Position numbers and translations under genes: made by a program
Shown here: in pieces, positions 7,195-16,713 of the stretch
How positions within the stretch are numbered: the first letter of the stretch is position 1
Layout of the letters: every line of letters begins with the position of its first letter
DNA from: a virus
Lineage: Duplodnaviria > Caudoviricetes
Length of the DNA stretch: 29,698 bases
Reading direction: 5' to 3' (one strand)
Virus record (IMG/VR): IMGVR_UViG_3300037286_000008
Coordinates: 1 to 29,698 of that record
Notes under the pieces: model-generated
The model's database searches: none
Told to the model about the DNA's origin: nothing
The model's input: only the letters and a program-made list of their open reading frames with translations

Positions 7195-7347
7195 AAATAA
7201 TAGAGCGGATAACCCGCTCATCATTACATTGGCCATTGACAAGGACAAGCCCGTCTTTCTCAGACAAGCGCACGGGAGTTGATCACCCGGATACTGAGAT
7301 AGATGGCCAATAAAATAATAGAGCGGATAACCCGCTCATCATTACAT
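7195..7347. repeat. Perfect 35-bp direct repeat (7195-7229 and 7313-7347) enclosing an 83-bp GC-richer segment
   Basis: AAATAATAGAGCGGATAACCCGCTCATCATTACAT twice; each copy contains hairpin GAGCGG/CCGCTC. Confidence 0.93.
7229..7310 (+). ncRNA. Candidate structured RNA of unknown family
   Basis: Closing stem TTGGCCAT/ATGGCCAA, inner stems TCTCAG/CTGAGA and CGGG/CCCG; strand inferred from context only. Confidence 0.35.
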
Positions 7348-7362
7348 AGGAGGAACCTTAGT

Positions 7363-7572
7363 ATGGAAGCAAAAAGAATAGGAGTTAGAATAGGAATAAC
7401 AAAGAACCTTGGCAATTACGAATCTCTGAGAATAGACTATGAGATGGTGGTAGATCTTAACTTAGAAGAAGACAAACCAGGCACGAGTATAGATATGGCA
7501 AGAGAGTACTTATTCAGAAAATTAAAAAAAGATCTTACAGAAGCAGAAGGGGGTTTGAAATGGGGGAAATGA
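7363..7572 (+). CDS. Conserved small phage protein (TKNLGNYESLRID motif)
   Basis: AGGAGG RBS before ATG 7363; motif recalled from small phage replication-region proteins. Confidence 0.8.
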   Translation: MEAKRIGVRIGITKNLGNYESLRIDYEMVVDLNLEEDKPGTSIDMAREYLFRKLKKDLTEAEGGLKWGK

Positions 7573-7766
7573 CCGAAATAAAAAATGCTATTCAGATATC
7601 AATGAGTAAGCTGGAAAATCTTATTCGTATAAGAGAAAGTCCTTTAGGCTATGATCCAGAATATACTGATGATCGGATACAACAAATTCTATTGGAATTT
7701 TTAGATATGATAGGAGCAGATGCTCTTTCGGAAAAGGTGGTAGAAACTATTAGGAGGACACGATGA
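7560..7766 (+). CDS. Hypothetical protein
   Basis: Overlaps both neighbours; ATGA coupling with the polymerase; start may be 7569. Confidence 0.65.
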   Translation: MGEMTEIKNAIQISMSKLENLIRIRESPLGYDPEYTDDRIQQILLEFLDMIGADALSEKVVETIRRTR

Positions 7767-9709
7767 TTATATCTCCTTTTGATTGTGAAACTCGTTCAGA
7801 AGTAGATCTAAATGCCTGTGGTAGATGGCCTTATATGCATGGTATACACGCTGATATAATATGCATAACCTATAGAGAACAATTTAATAGTCTTACTAAA
7901 ATATGGCGTCCGGGTCTTGAAATCCCGTATATATTTAAGACTAAAGATCAACCTTTTTATATGGCGCATAATATAGGGTTCGATTGGTTAGTCGTTAATG
8001 TGTTAGGAAAAAGATATGGTTTCCGGTCCATTCCCACAGAAAAATGTATTGACGTAATGGGGATAGCAGCCAGATATAATCTACCACAGTCCTTAGATAA
8101 GTTAGGACAAGCCTTAGGAGTAGTGTTAGGGAAAATGAAAGAGGGCAAGGCTCTCAAAGAATTATTATGCGTCCCTCCTTTTCGAGATCCTAAAAAAGAT
8201 GATCGTTGGAATTATCAAAAATTAATGGAGTTCTATGCTTATTGTATTAGGGACGTAGATAGTATGTGTGAAATTGTTACTAAACTACCATCGTCTATTT
8301 TATCAGCGGATGAGCAGGATATATGGCATAGAATATTCGGGATGAATAATCAAGGTGCGCCTATAGACTATGAATCAGTAGTATGTATAAGTAACTATAT
8401 AGATTCATATCTTGAAAAGGGGACAAAAGCATTACCGAGACACACCAACGGAAAAGTTACTACAGTACATCAAAATAAAAGAATTATAGAATTTGCGGCT
8501 TCCTTAGGATATACTTTGCCTAATATGCAGGAGCCAACAGTAACACAAGCAATTGAAGAACTCGAAAAAGGGGTGCAACATTGCACACCTTTAGTAAAAG
8601 TATTAAAACTCCGTCAGTTATTAGGAGGAGCAGCTATCAAGAAGTATAAACGTCTATTGAATATGACGTTTAATGGTAGAATTATGGATAATATGAAATA
8701 TTATGGGGCTAATACCGGACGTGTAACCGGAGGAGGTTTTCAATTTTTAAATCTACCAAGGGCAAAAACAGATGATCCTGACATATTAATTAGTAAATTT
8801 AAGGATGGGTCAATTAGCAATTTTCCAGATCCTATGGAAGAAGCTAAAAAATTAATACGATCTATGGTGAAAGCGGAGGAGGGTCGGGTTATACTGGCCG
8901 CAGACTGGGCGTCCATAGAATATATTCTCTTAATGTGGGATGCAGGAGAAAAAGATAAAGTAGAAGCTTTTAGGAATGGGGCTGATCCATACAAGTTATT
9001 TGCTGTTGATTTATTTAAAGTACCGTATGAAGAAGTAACGGATGATCAACGACAGAAATCCAAACCACCGGTACTCGGATCAGGATATATGCTTGGAGGC
9101 CCTGGTTTAGTAGAATACGCTAAAGGCTACGGAGTTGAATTAGAACTCGAAGAAGCTGTATACACTACGAATTTATGGAGGTCTAAGCATCCCTTTGTTG
9201 TTAATCATTGGTCTAATTTAAAAAATGCTGCCTTAAACGCAGTTCGGTACCCCAGAAGAGAATTCTTTATAAAGAATTCTTCCTTCCAAGTGCTACCAGA
9301 TCGGACGGGTAGAGAGTGGCTTATTTCTAAACTACCATCTGGTAGGAAAGTATTCTATTGTCAACCGAAACTATATGAGTCTGTATATGGACCAGCCATT
9401 AAACATTTAGGAGTAGATCCTATATCTAAACAATGGACTACAGTATATCTTAAACCCCAGAGAATTATTGAAAATAGGATTCAGGCTTTAGGTAGAGATA
9501 TTTTAGAACCTGCCGTTAAAAGGTTACAGCAGAAAGGTTTTAACCCGTTTGTTACCGTCTATGATGAAATAGTATGTCATGAACCAGAAGACTATTGTAA
9601 TATAAGACTGCAAGAAATGTGTAAGATAATGAGTATGAGTCCGGAGTGGGGGCCTGACCTACCACTACGAGCAGAGGGATATGTTAGCGAGAGATATAAA
9701 AAGAATTAA
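7763..9709 (+). CDS. polA: Phage family-A DNA polymerase with 3'-5' exonuclease domain
   Basis: Exo motifs DCETRS, AHNIGFD, YCIRDV; TGR; motif A ADWASIE; motif B RQKSKPPVLGSGY; motif C TVYDE. Confidence 0.95.
   Translation: MIISPFDCETRSEVDLNACGRWPYMHGIHADIICITYREQFNSLTKIWRPGLEIPYIFKTKDQPFYMAHNIGFDWLVVNVLGKRYGFRSIPTEKCIDVMGIAARYNLPQSLDKLGQALGVVLGKMKEGKALKELLCVPPFRDPKKDDRWNYQKLMEFYAYCIRDVDSMCEIVTKLPSSILSADEQDIWHRIFGMNNQGAPIDYESVVCISNYIDSYLEKGTKALPRHTNGKVTTVHQNKRIIEFAASLGYTLPNMQEPTVTQAIEELEKGVQHCTPLVKVLKLRQLLGGAAIKKYKRLLNMTFNGRIMDNMKYYGANTGRVTGGGFQFLNLPRAKTDDPDILISKFKDGSISNFPDPMEEAKKLIRSMVKAEEGRVILAADWASIEYILLMWDAGEKDKVEAFRNGADPYKLFAVDLFKVPYEEVTDDQRQKSKPPVLGSGYMLGGPGLVEYAKGYGVELELEEAVYTTNLWRSKHPFVVNHWSNLKNAALNAVRYPRREFFIKNSSFQVLPDRTGREWLISKLPSGRKVFYCQPKLYESVYGPAIKHLGVDPISKQWTTVYLKPQRIIENRIQALGRDILEPAVKRLQQKGFNPFVTVYDEIVCHEPEDYCNIRLQEMCKIMSMSPEWGPDLPLRAEGYVSERYKKN
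8568..8591. repeat. Motif A copy 10, inside the DNA polymerase gene
   Basis: AAGGGGTGCAACATTGCACACCTT, read as KGVQHCTPL. Confidence 0.9.
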
Positions 9710-9731
9710 CGTATGCAATATTACACACCTT
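9708..9731. repeat. Motif A copy 11 (degenerate), at the polymerase stop
   Basis: AACGTATGCAATATTACACACCTT. Confidence 0.7.
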
Positions 9732-9752
9732 TATGAGAGGAGATTGTACCTT

Positions 9753-10094
9753 ATGAAACCTTATTATCCTTGGGCAGTAGCAAGAGCCAGACAGTTAAAA
9801 GTACCTTTTATTCCTGTAGTACCAGAATCTTTAAAGGTATTATCTAAGCGGGAGGAGAGAGCTTTAACATACTCCGGTATGCCTTTCTTTAAAAAAGCAG
9901 AATGTGATGATCCTGAATTCGAGTATGAGTGGGATCGAGTTCAACGTCTTAGAAGAGAGAAACATCCTTTAATATACGGGGGGCGAAGTCAACGAAATAG
10001 ATTAATACAAGGAACGTTAAAGAGAGGAGAAAGAGTTCCTTTAGGAGAGAACCCAAGAAAGGGCCAACCGTATCGTAGAATGATTGTATTATAA
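9753..10094 (+). CDS. Basic hypothetical protein
   Basis: GAGGAG RBS before ATG 9753. Confidence 0.65.
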   Translation: MKPYYPWAVARARQLKVPFIPVVPESLKVLSKREERALTYSGMPFFKKAECDDPEFEYEWDRVQRLRREKHPLIYGGRSQRNRLIQGTLKRGERVPLGENPRKGQPYRRMIVL

Positions 10095-10110
10095 ATAAAG
10101 GAGATTTTAA

Positions 10111-10485
10111 ATGCATAAGTATGTTCCGGTGAGGGAGTCTGATATAGAAGATTATTTAGTCCGGGAAATAAAAAAGATCGGGGGACGGGCGATCAAGTTT
10201 AATCCTCATAATAACCGGGGACTACCAGATCGTATCTGTTTTATCCCAGGAGGATTAGTGTTATTAGTAGAAGTAAAGCGGCCGGGTCAGACTCCCCGAT
10301 CTAATCAAATAGTACAGTTAGAGAGATTCAAAAGACTCGGAGTCCAAGCTACTTGGTGTGATACCCAATCAAGAGTCGATAGTATTATACGATGGATAAA
10401 AGACTTTAAACAAAAATATAAAATGGTGTGCGATGTTACACACCTTTGTTACAGACAAGAATGTCCCTTAAGGAGGAATAAATGA
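10111..10485 (+). CDS. VRR-NUC domain nuclease (putative junction resolvase)
   Basis: RESDIE..L, GG.A.KF, GLPDRI, VEVKRPG, Q. Confidence 0.93.
   Translation: MHKYVPVRESDIEDYLVREIKKIGGRAIKFNPHNNRGLPDRICFIPGGLVLLVEVKRPGQTPRSNQIVQLERFKRLGVQATWCDTQSRVDSIIRWIKDFKQKYKMVCDVTHLCYRQECPLRRNK
10423..10446. repeat. Motif A copy 12, in the 3' end of the VRR-NUC gene
   Basis: ATGGTGTGCGATGTTACACACCTT, read as MVCDVTHL. Confidence 0.8.
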
Positions 10486-11666
10486 GTTTATCAGACCAGA
10501 TACTTAAAGATATATACCGTATTCAGCGTATACCAAGTACATTGGAAAAAGAAAAAATACTGATGTCTTACAATACCAGTATAACTTTTAGAAAAATTTT
10601 ATTTCATACCTATAATCCGTATATGAGATACCATATAAGAAAGATCCCGAAAAACATATATGGAAAGGGTTATAAAGAAATAAGTAATGAGAGTTGGACA
10701 TTACTATCTAAACTAACTTTACGAAAATTAACAGGAATCGCAGCAAGAGAATCTTTATTTGAGCATTTAGAAAGCCTATCTGAATCGTCATGTCGCATTC
10801 TAAAGATGGTAGTAAAGAAAGATTTAAGATGTGGTATAGCTACTAAGACTATAAATAAATGCTTTCCTAATCTAATCCCTGTTTTTGAATGCCAAGAAGT
10901 AGAAGAGTGGTCGAATGTACGAGCCAGATATCCCATGCTAATAAGTCCTAAACTTGATGGCAACAGAGGAGAATTTAGGGGAGGCCGAATGTATTCTAAA
11001 AGAGGGCATGATATAGTTGGAATGGAACATATAGCCCAATATATAAGAAGTACTGGACTGACTATGGATTTATCAGGCGAACTTCTTATCCCAGGAATGC
11101 CCTTTCGTCGGGCGAGTGGTATCGTAAAATCAAATAAAGCAGAAAAACCTAATGTTATATATGCTGTATTCGATATACCATCTCTTGGAACCATGCCGTT
11201 GAACCAAAGATTAAAACATTTAAGTCGTATTTTTAAACCTTATGGTAGTAAGGGAGTACCTGTAGTACATATACCACATACGTTAATTCATTCGTTAGAA
11301 GACGCTGACAAAATGTATAATTACTGGCTTAAATATGGATACGAAGGTTTGGTGGGTAAAGATCCTGATCGCCCCTTTAAAGCAGGTAAGTCACATGACT
11401 GGATGAGAAAAGTTAATTCTATTTCTGCTGAATATCGAATCATAGATATATACGAAGGAGAAGGTAGACTAAGGGGCAAACTTGGGGGTATCATAATAGA
11501 AGGTAACATCCGTGTTGGTTCTGGTTTTATGGACCTTGAAAGAGAGAAGTATTTTAAGAAACCGAACTTAATAATTGGTAAATATGCCACTGTAGTTGCA
11601 AAAGAAAAAACTGCAACTAATTCTTTACGTCAACCAATCTTTAAAGAAATTCGATGGGATATCTAA
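10482..11666 (+). CDS. lig: ATP-dependent DNA ligase
   Basis: SPKLDGNR adenylation motif, SKRG, GEL, VFD, EGLVGK, VGSGF, SLRQP.F. Confidence 0.93.
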   Translation: MSLSDQILKDIYRIQRIPSTLEKEKILMSYNTSITFRKILFHTYNPYMRYHIRKIPKNIYGKGYKEISNESWTLLSKLTLRKLTGIAARESLFEHLESLSESSCRILKMVVKKDLRCGIATKTINKCFPNLIPVFECQEVEEWSNVRARYPMLISPKLDGNRGEFRGGRMYSKRGHDIVGMEHIAQYIRSTGLTMDLSGELLIPGMPFRRASGIVKSNKAEKPNVIYAVFDIPSLGTMPLNQRLKHLSRIFKPYGSKGVPVVHIPHTLIHSLEDADKMYNYWLKYGYEGLVGKDPDRPFKAGKSHDWMRKVNSISAEYRIIDIYEGEGRLRGKLGGIIIEGNIRVGSGFMDLEREKYFKKPNLIIGKYATVVAKEKTATNSLRQPIFKEIRWDI

Positions 11667-11679
11667 AGGAGTCATATGT

Positions 11680-14079
11680 ATGGGAATACCACAGGAATTA
11701 CAGGATATCAGCCAGTGGACTCATAGTTTTAGTATAGACGATTTAAAAAGACCTTTTCATTCTCATTATACAGTTAATGGTACACTTACTTTTGAACGAG
11801 CTTTTAATGTGGCTACCAAAAATAAGTTATCCTTTGGATTTTATACTACTGAGAATGACCCCTATATTCTGGGAGACATAGATAAATTAGAAGATCCTAC
11901 GGATCTTTCAAAGCTTCATCCTGAAGTAGCCTCTATGTTAATGACTTGGGGTTTGTACTGCGAAGAGAGTCCTTCTGGTAAAGGGATAAGATTCGTAGGT
12001 AGACTACCAGCGTCCTACGATAAAGAAAGTTTACATGGTTTTATATATTATACCCGATTTCCTCGTGAAGGGGGAGTTAAAAAAGAGTGCCAAATAAATA
12101 TAGGTAGACCTTGGCAAAGGTTTACGGGGAGAGAATTGCCCTTTAGTTCCGGAAGAATCCCAGTGATTCCTTTGGAAAAATGGGAAACCGTATTCGCTAT
12201 TAAACATAAAATAGATGTTCTACCTGTAGAGGAGACTGAACAAGGTGTGCAACATAGCACACCTTCTAAACTTCCCTCGATGATAGAGATAGAAAAAGCG
12301 TTAAAGAACACTCCGTTAGACCAGAGTCCTCGATTGATGAGAGCTTATGAAAGAGTCTTTAAAGAATCGTATAATCATTACAACTATTGGTTACGAATAA
12401 TAATGGCTATACATGATCACGCAACTAAAGCTGGAATGATGATGGAGGGTCTAAAAGCTGCGGTGTCATGGTCACGAACAGATCCGGTATCTTATAAAGG
12501 GGATGAAGATATTATAGATAAATGGAGATCTTTATCTGAGAAACCTCTGCCTGTTAGTTATCATACCCTATTAGCTATCGCTCATTATAATCAGTTGCAA
12601 TGGCCTACTCCCAGACCTATATCTAAAAAGCAAAAAGAATATGGTATAGAGGGTAGACAGCCAATGAATAGTGAGTATGTAAATTTTAAAGCTATGGTAG
12701 ATTTTTTTGGTATAACCTTATACCGGGATGCGCATACTTCTGGAAAAATGTATATCACAGGGGATGAAGACATAATGAAAAAATATTTTCATTCCATAGA
12801 TACTACGTATTACTATGATAAGTATAGAGGAATTTTTTCTGAAAGGTCTTTAGCTAATGCTTGCCACATAATGGCCCAAGATATGGGTTTTACTGGATCA
12901 ACTCTACCGCAGACAAAACAACACGTTCAAAGTTGGATGTTCCAAATACGAGACGAACTTGATTTAGTTAAAAAATATTTTGAAACCCCCTTTGATAAGT
13001 TACCTGAATCATACCAAGATAACAAAGAATTTATATCCATTAGTACAATAGGATATATGTTTGATAGTTTACATTTAGATTTCTTAACCGAAGACGAATT
13101 AAAAGAAACTAAATTATACTTCAAATATTATAGGTCTTGGTTGATGGGGTTTGTAAGAAACTTGTATTGGCCGGATGAACAGCATATGAATAATTGTATT
13201 CTACTATTAACTGGTAGGGAACAGATAAGAAAGACATCGCATTTTAAATATATGCTACCAAAATTCATGAGAGAAGAACGTATTGCTTTTACTACTCATG
13301 GATTTAGTACGGAATCAGCGGTACGAGACGTTATAAAACTCGCTGCCGGTAATAGCATTTTAGTATGGGATGAGATCGAACAGTATTTAAACGCCGAAAC
13401 TGAAAGCAATTTTAAGAAAGTAATAGATAGTAATACTACTAAAATAATTGATAAATACGAAACAATAGAGTCCCGTTTTAAACCTATAGCTATATACGGA
13501 GCCACCTCTAACCAAAAGGAGTTTAAACTTTCGGATACTGGTAGTAGAAGACTGTTTCATATCCCCGTAAAATGGGTTGATACTGATCGTTTAGATAAAA
13601 TTTGTTGGTGGCGAATCGTTAATGATCTTAAAGACGAGATGGCTGCCCATAAAGGGGATGATCCTCCTTGGTTATTAACTAAAGAGGAGTTAGATTACCA
13701 ATCAACTCTACACGCTAAGATAACTTCTAAGTCAGGATTAGAGATTATTATTAGAGAGATATGGAATTTTAACGAAAAGTGTTTTATACCTGATGGAACA
13801 GATCGGATAGAAAATATGAACCCCCTAAAACACGGACAATTCTTATCTACTTCACGAATAATAGAAGAGATTAAGAATAGGTCAAACCCACATACAGTTA
13901 TACAACGGGCGCATTTAGTAAGACTACTCCATAATTTATGCGGAACGTGGACGGGCACTAAAAATTCTACGAGAATTTTTAAGCAGCCTACTATGGAAAT
14001 TCGTAGGGGGCTTTGTACTTACAGCCACCAGCATGAGCGATGGGTAATGCCAACTATGAGCCAAATAATACCCGACTGA
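11680..14079 (+). CDS. Primase-polymerase (NrS-1-like AEP) + PriCT-2-like domain + VapE-like helicase fusion
   Basis: AAGGAG RBS before ATG 11680; IPQEL...QW, DID, Y.E.SPSGKG; W..I.MAIH...WS...KW.S; LLTGREQIRKT, VWDE, GATSN, DTGSRR. Confidence 0.85.
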   Translation: MGIPQELQDISQWTHSFSIDDLKRPFHSHYTVNGTLTFERAFNVATKNKLSFGFYTTENDPYILGDIDKLEDPTDLSKLHPEVASMLMTWGLYCEESPSGKGIRFVGRLPASYDKESLHGFIYYTRFPREGGVKKECQINIGRPWQRFTGRELPFSSGRIPVIPLEKWETVFAIKHKIDVLPVEETEQGVQHSTPSKLPSMIEIEKALKNTPLDQSPRLMRAYERVFKESYNHYNYWLRIIMAIHDHATKAGMMMEGLKAAVSWSRTDPVSYKGDEDIIDKWRSLSEKPLPVSYHTLLAIAHYNQLQWPTPRPISKKQKEYGIEGRQPMNSEYVNFKAMVDFFGITLYRDAHTSGKMYITGDEDIMKKYFHSIDTTYYYDKYRGIFSERSLANACHIMAQDMGFTGSTLPQTKQHVQSWMFQIRDELDLVKKYFETPFDKLPESYQDNKEFISISTIGYMFDSLHLDFLTEDELKETKLYFKYYRSWLMGFVRNLYWPDEQHMNNCILLLTGREQIRKTSHFKYMLPKFMREERIAFTTHGFSTESAVRDVIKLAAGNSILVWDEIEQYLNAETESNFKKVIDSNTTKIIDKYETIESRFKPIAIYGATSNQKEFKLSDTGSRRLFHIPVKWVDTDRLDKICWWRIVNDLKDEMAAHKGDDPPWLLTKEELDYQSTLHAKITSKSGLEIIIREIWNFNEKCFIPDGTDRIENMNPLKHGQFLSTSRIIEEIKNRSNPHTVIQRAHLVRLLHNLCGTWTGTKNSTRIFKQPTMEIRRGLCTYSHQHERWVMPTMSQIIPD
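12242..12265. repeat. Motif A copy 13, inside the primase gene (interdomain linker)
   Basis: AAGGTGTGCAACATAGCACACCTT, read as QGVQHSTPS. Confidence 0.92.
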
Positions 14080-14085
14080 TTAACA

Positions 14086-14109
14086 AAGGTGTGCAATATT
14101 GCACACCTT
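14086..14109. repeat. Motif A copy 14
   Basis: AAAGGTGTGCAATATTGCACACCTTT, perfect (14085-14110). Confidence 0.95.
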
Positions 14110-14128
14110 TAATAAAGGAGATTGACAA

Positions 14129-14437
14129 ATGACTAACAAAGAATTTGAATTATTAGTTAACGAAAGATGTAAGCTTATTAAAGCAGTTCTTAATAGTAAA
14201 GGTAAGGAGTATGGGGCTACAGATAGACTCCACAACTTCAAAGTGGCTTCTCGTATTGATGCTGAAACCCCTCTTCAATCTGCTTGGGGAATGTTTAAAA
14301 AACATTTAGTATCTATTATAGATATAAAAGACGGTCTACAACTTCCTACTACGGATATGATAAATGAAAAATTTGGAGATGCTATTAATTATTTAATTCT
14401 AATGGAAGCATTGATAAAAGAGGAGATTGGCAAATGA
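14129..14437 (+). CDS. Conserved phage all-alpha protein (K..EYG..DRLHNF...KH...D.INY), possibly nucleotide-metabolism associated
   Basis: AAGGAG RBS; motif recognised by eye; function uncertain. Confidence 0.7.
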   Translation: MTNKEFELLVNERCKLIKAVLNSKGKEYGATDRLHNFKVASRIDAETPLQSAWGMFKKHLVSIIDIKDGLQLPTTDMINEKFGDAINYLILMEALIKEEIGK

Positions 14438-14829
14438 AAAAACTAACTTTAGTTCGCTTTGTAAACGGTCCCAGAGTCACCTTAGGAGTTTTGAAATTAG
14501 ATTCTAAGAATTCTTTATACACTTTAGAAGACCCCTGGAAGAATAATGAAAAAAATGTATCCTGTATACCTTTAGGACATTATATCTGCGATCATTGGCG
14601 GTCGGCTAAGTTCGGGGAAACGTATAAAGTTATGGAAGTACCTGATAGAACTGATATTCTTTTTCATATAGGAAATACTACATTAGACACACAGGGTTGT
14701 ATCCTATTAGGAATGGATATAGGCTTTGTAAACGGTCCGGCCATAACCCAATCCAAGATAGCTTTTGGTAAGTTTAAAATGTTTATGGAGGACGTTCCCC
14801 GGTTTATATTGGAGATAGTATCTATATGA
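14434..14829 (+). CDS. DUF5675 family L,D-peptidase-like protein (candidate cell-wall hydrolase)
   Basis: TLG.L...YTLE.PW.NN...SCIP.G.Y...VP.R..ILFH.GN...DT.GCIL.G. Confidence 0.85.
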   Translation: MKKLTLVRFVNGPRVTLGVLKLDSKNSLYTLEDPWKNNEKNVSCIPLGHYICDHWRSAKFGETYKVMEVPDRTDILFHIGNTTLDTQGCILLGMDIGFVNGPAITQSKIAFGKFKMFMEDVPRFILEIVSI

Positions 14830-16199
14830 CTCTCAGAGAATATCAACAACGAGCCGCCGATATGATAGTAAGAAACGGAGCTACTTACCTTATGCACGAT
14901 ATGGGGATGGGGAAGACTCTTACCTGTATTACTGCCATGAAAAAAGTAGGATTACCTGTTATAGTATTAGCTCCTCTCAATGCTATTCTAAATACATGGC
15001 CAGATGAGTTAACTAAATGGGCGCCAGACTTATCTTATGTCATCCTACACGGACCCTATAAAAATTCATTAGCTGCTCAAGCTCGTAACTACGATGTACT
15101 TCTTTTGAATTTTGAAGGACTACAATGGTGGTATGAAATGGTCATGTCTAAAAGATTTAAACTAAAAAAATTTTTCGTAATATGGGATGAGGCTTCTTTC
15201 CTTAAAGACTATACGACTAAAAGATGGGAAATTCTGGTCGAAGCAATGCCTATATGGAGTTCTTATAGAGTTTGTTTAAGCGGAACGCCTATGCCAAATA
15301 CCATGTTAGACCTATGGGCACAATATTATTTATTGGATAAAGGAAAAAGATTATCACCCAGTTTTTATAGTTTCCGAAGTACGCATTTTAATTATAGTGG
15401 ACCACCACGGTATATTACCACATTAAAACCTTTTGCTGATACACTTATCTATGATAGGATAGCTGATATAACTGATCGTCTGGACTCGAAAGACTATTTG
15501 GAACTACCAGAAGAAGTTCATAACGATGTATATTTGGAACTACCAGCTAAGTTAAGGAATCTATACACTGAATTTGAAAAAGAATTCATGTTAGTTTTTA
15601 AAGACGGTGTTAGTGAAGCTAATTCTGCGGCGGTGTTAACTTGTAAACTAAGACAGTTTTTACAAGGGGCGGTATACTACCAGAAAGAAGGTGTGCAATA
15701 TGACACACCTATACGAGAGGCCCAAATATTTCATAATATTAAAGCAGAAGTACTTAAACAATTAGTAGAAGGATTAGCAGGACAACCTGTATTGGTTCCA
15801 ATCCAGTTTATATTCGAGTATAAAATACTTTGTGAAACTTTTAAAAAGAAAAGCATACCTATCATATCTGGTCGCACTTCGCCAAAAGATACTCGACAAT
15901 TGATAACTAAGTGGAATAATGGTAGTCTTCCTATACTATTATGCCATCCCAAATCTGTAGCCCTCAGTTTAAATTTACAGTTTGGAGGGTATAACATAAT
16001 ATGGATGGCGCTACCATGGGAAATGGACTTGTATAAACAATTGATTCGGAGAATAAGGAGGTCCGGACAAAAATCAAACAGGGTAGTAGTTAGTAGACTT
16101 ATCTTTAAAGATACTATTGATGAAACCATAGCAAAAGTCTTGGCTAAAAAAGAAAGTACTCAACAAGCTTTATTTAACGCTCTGCAAAATAAAAAATGA
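14826..16199 (+). CDS. SNF2-family helicase
   Basis: LREYQ, DMGMGKT, VLAPL, WDEAS, LSGTP.PN, DLWAQ, LNLQ.GG, Q...RI.RSGQ. Confidence 0.95.
   Translation: MTLREYQQRAADMIVRNGATYLMHDMGMGKTLTCITAMKKVGLPVIVLAPLNAILNTWPDELTKWAPDLSYVILHGPYKNSLAAQARNYDVLLLNFEGLQWWYEMVMSKRFKLKKFFVIWDEASFLKDYTTKRWEILVEAMPIWSSYRVCLSGTPMPNTMLDLWAQYYLLDKGKRLSPSFYSFRSTHFNYSGPPRYITTLKPFADTLIYDRIADITDRLDSKDYLELPEEVHNDVYLELPAKLRNLYTEFEKEFMLVFKDGVSEANSAAVLTCKLRQFLQGAVYYQKEGVQYDTPIREAQIFHNIKAEVLKQLVEGLAGQPVLVPIQFIFEYKILCETFKKKSIPIISGRTSPKDTRQLITKWNNGSLPILLCHPKSVALSLNLQFGGYNIIWMALPWEMDLYKQLIRRIRRSGQKSNRVVVSRLIFKDTIDETIAKVLAKKESTQQALFNALQNKK
15688..15711. repeat. Motif A copy 15, inside the SNF2 gene
   Basis: AAGGTGTGCAATATGACACACCTA, read as EGVQYDTPI. 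Confidence 0.82.
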
Positions 16200-16210
16200 G
16201 GGGGTTCCGA

Positions 16211-16354
16211 ATGAACTGGATGAATTGGTTTATTGGTTTGGGGTTTTTTATCCTGTGGTCTGTGACCCTATATTTGATGGGATTGCTTCAAGGGGAAGAA
16301 AACATGGAGCAACGACTTAGAAAAAGAAATAATAAATCTACAAAAGGAGTTTAA
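16211..16354 (+). CDS. Small single-pass membrane protein (47 aa), not in the ORF track
   Basis: Hand translation MNWMNWFIGLGFFILWSVTLYLMGLLQGEENMEQRLRKRNNKSTKGV; GAGGGG RBS; fills the gap between neighbours. Confidence 0.6.
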   Translation: MNWMNWFIGLGFFILWSVTLYLMGLLQGEENMEQRLRKRNNKSTKGV

Positions 16355-16359
16355 CGATT

Positions 16360-16707
16360 ATGCAAAAGAAGAATACAAATAAACATGGAGTAGGCTACTA
16401 TAAAATTGATAAAAAATGGGCCATATTATTTATTGATCTAATTATTGGGCCGGAACTTATTATATTGGCTACAAGAGAACCACAGAGTGCCCAACAGTTA
16501 GGGAATATGCTTATAGATTTTGTATTAACTAAAGCGTCCGATCCTGAATTTAAAGACAAACCAGAACTATTTATCGAAAGAGCGTCTGAAGGAGTAGTTA
16601 CTTTATGGACTACGTACATAAGCTCTAAGCTACTTAAGTATTTAGTTAACGGAGTACCTAAACAAATGCCTCAAATAATACAGGCTCCTTCAAACATAAT
16701 AATGTGA
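16360..16707 (+). CDS. Hypothetical protein
   Basis: AAGGAG RBS; last gene of the + arm. Confidence 0.7.
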   Translation: MQKKNTNKHGVGYYKIDKKWAILFIDLIIGPELIILATREPQSAQQLGNMLIDFVLTKASDPEFKDKPELFIERASEGVVTLWTTYISSKLLKYLVNGVPKQMPQIIQAPSNIIM

Positions 16708-16713
16708 TTCAAT

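Noticed and set aside
7203-7213. GAGCGGATAAC match to the lac operator (vector contamination)
   Set aside because: Only 11 bp match, the lacO flanks are absent, and it is part of a local hairpin within a native direct repeat
7231-7309. Canonical tRNA, hammerhead or twister ribozyme
   Set aside because: No proper D-arm, TTC loop or CCA; CUGANGA/GAAA and the full twister core are missing; kept only as an unclassified RNA candidate
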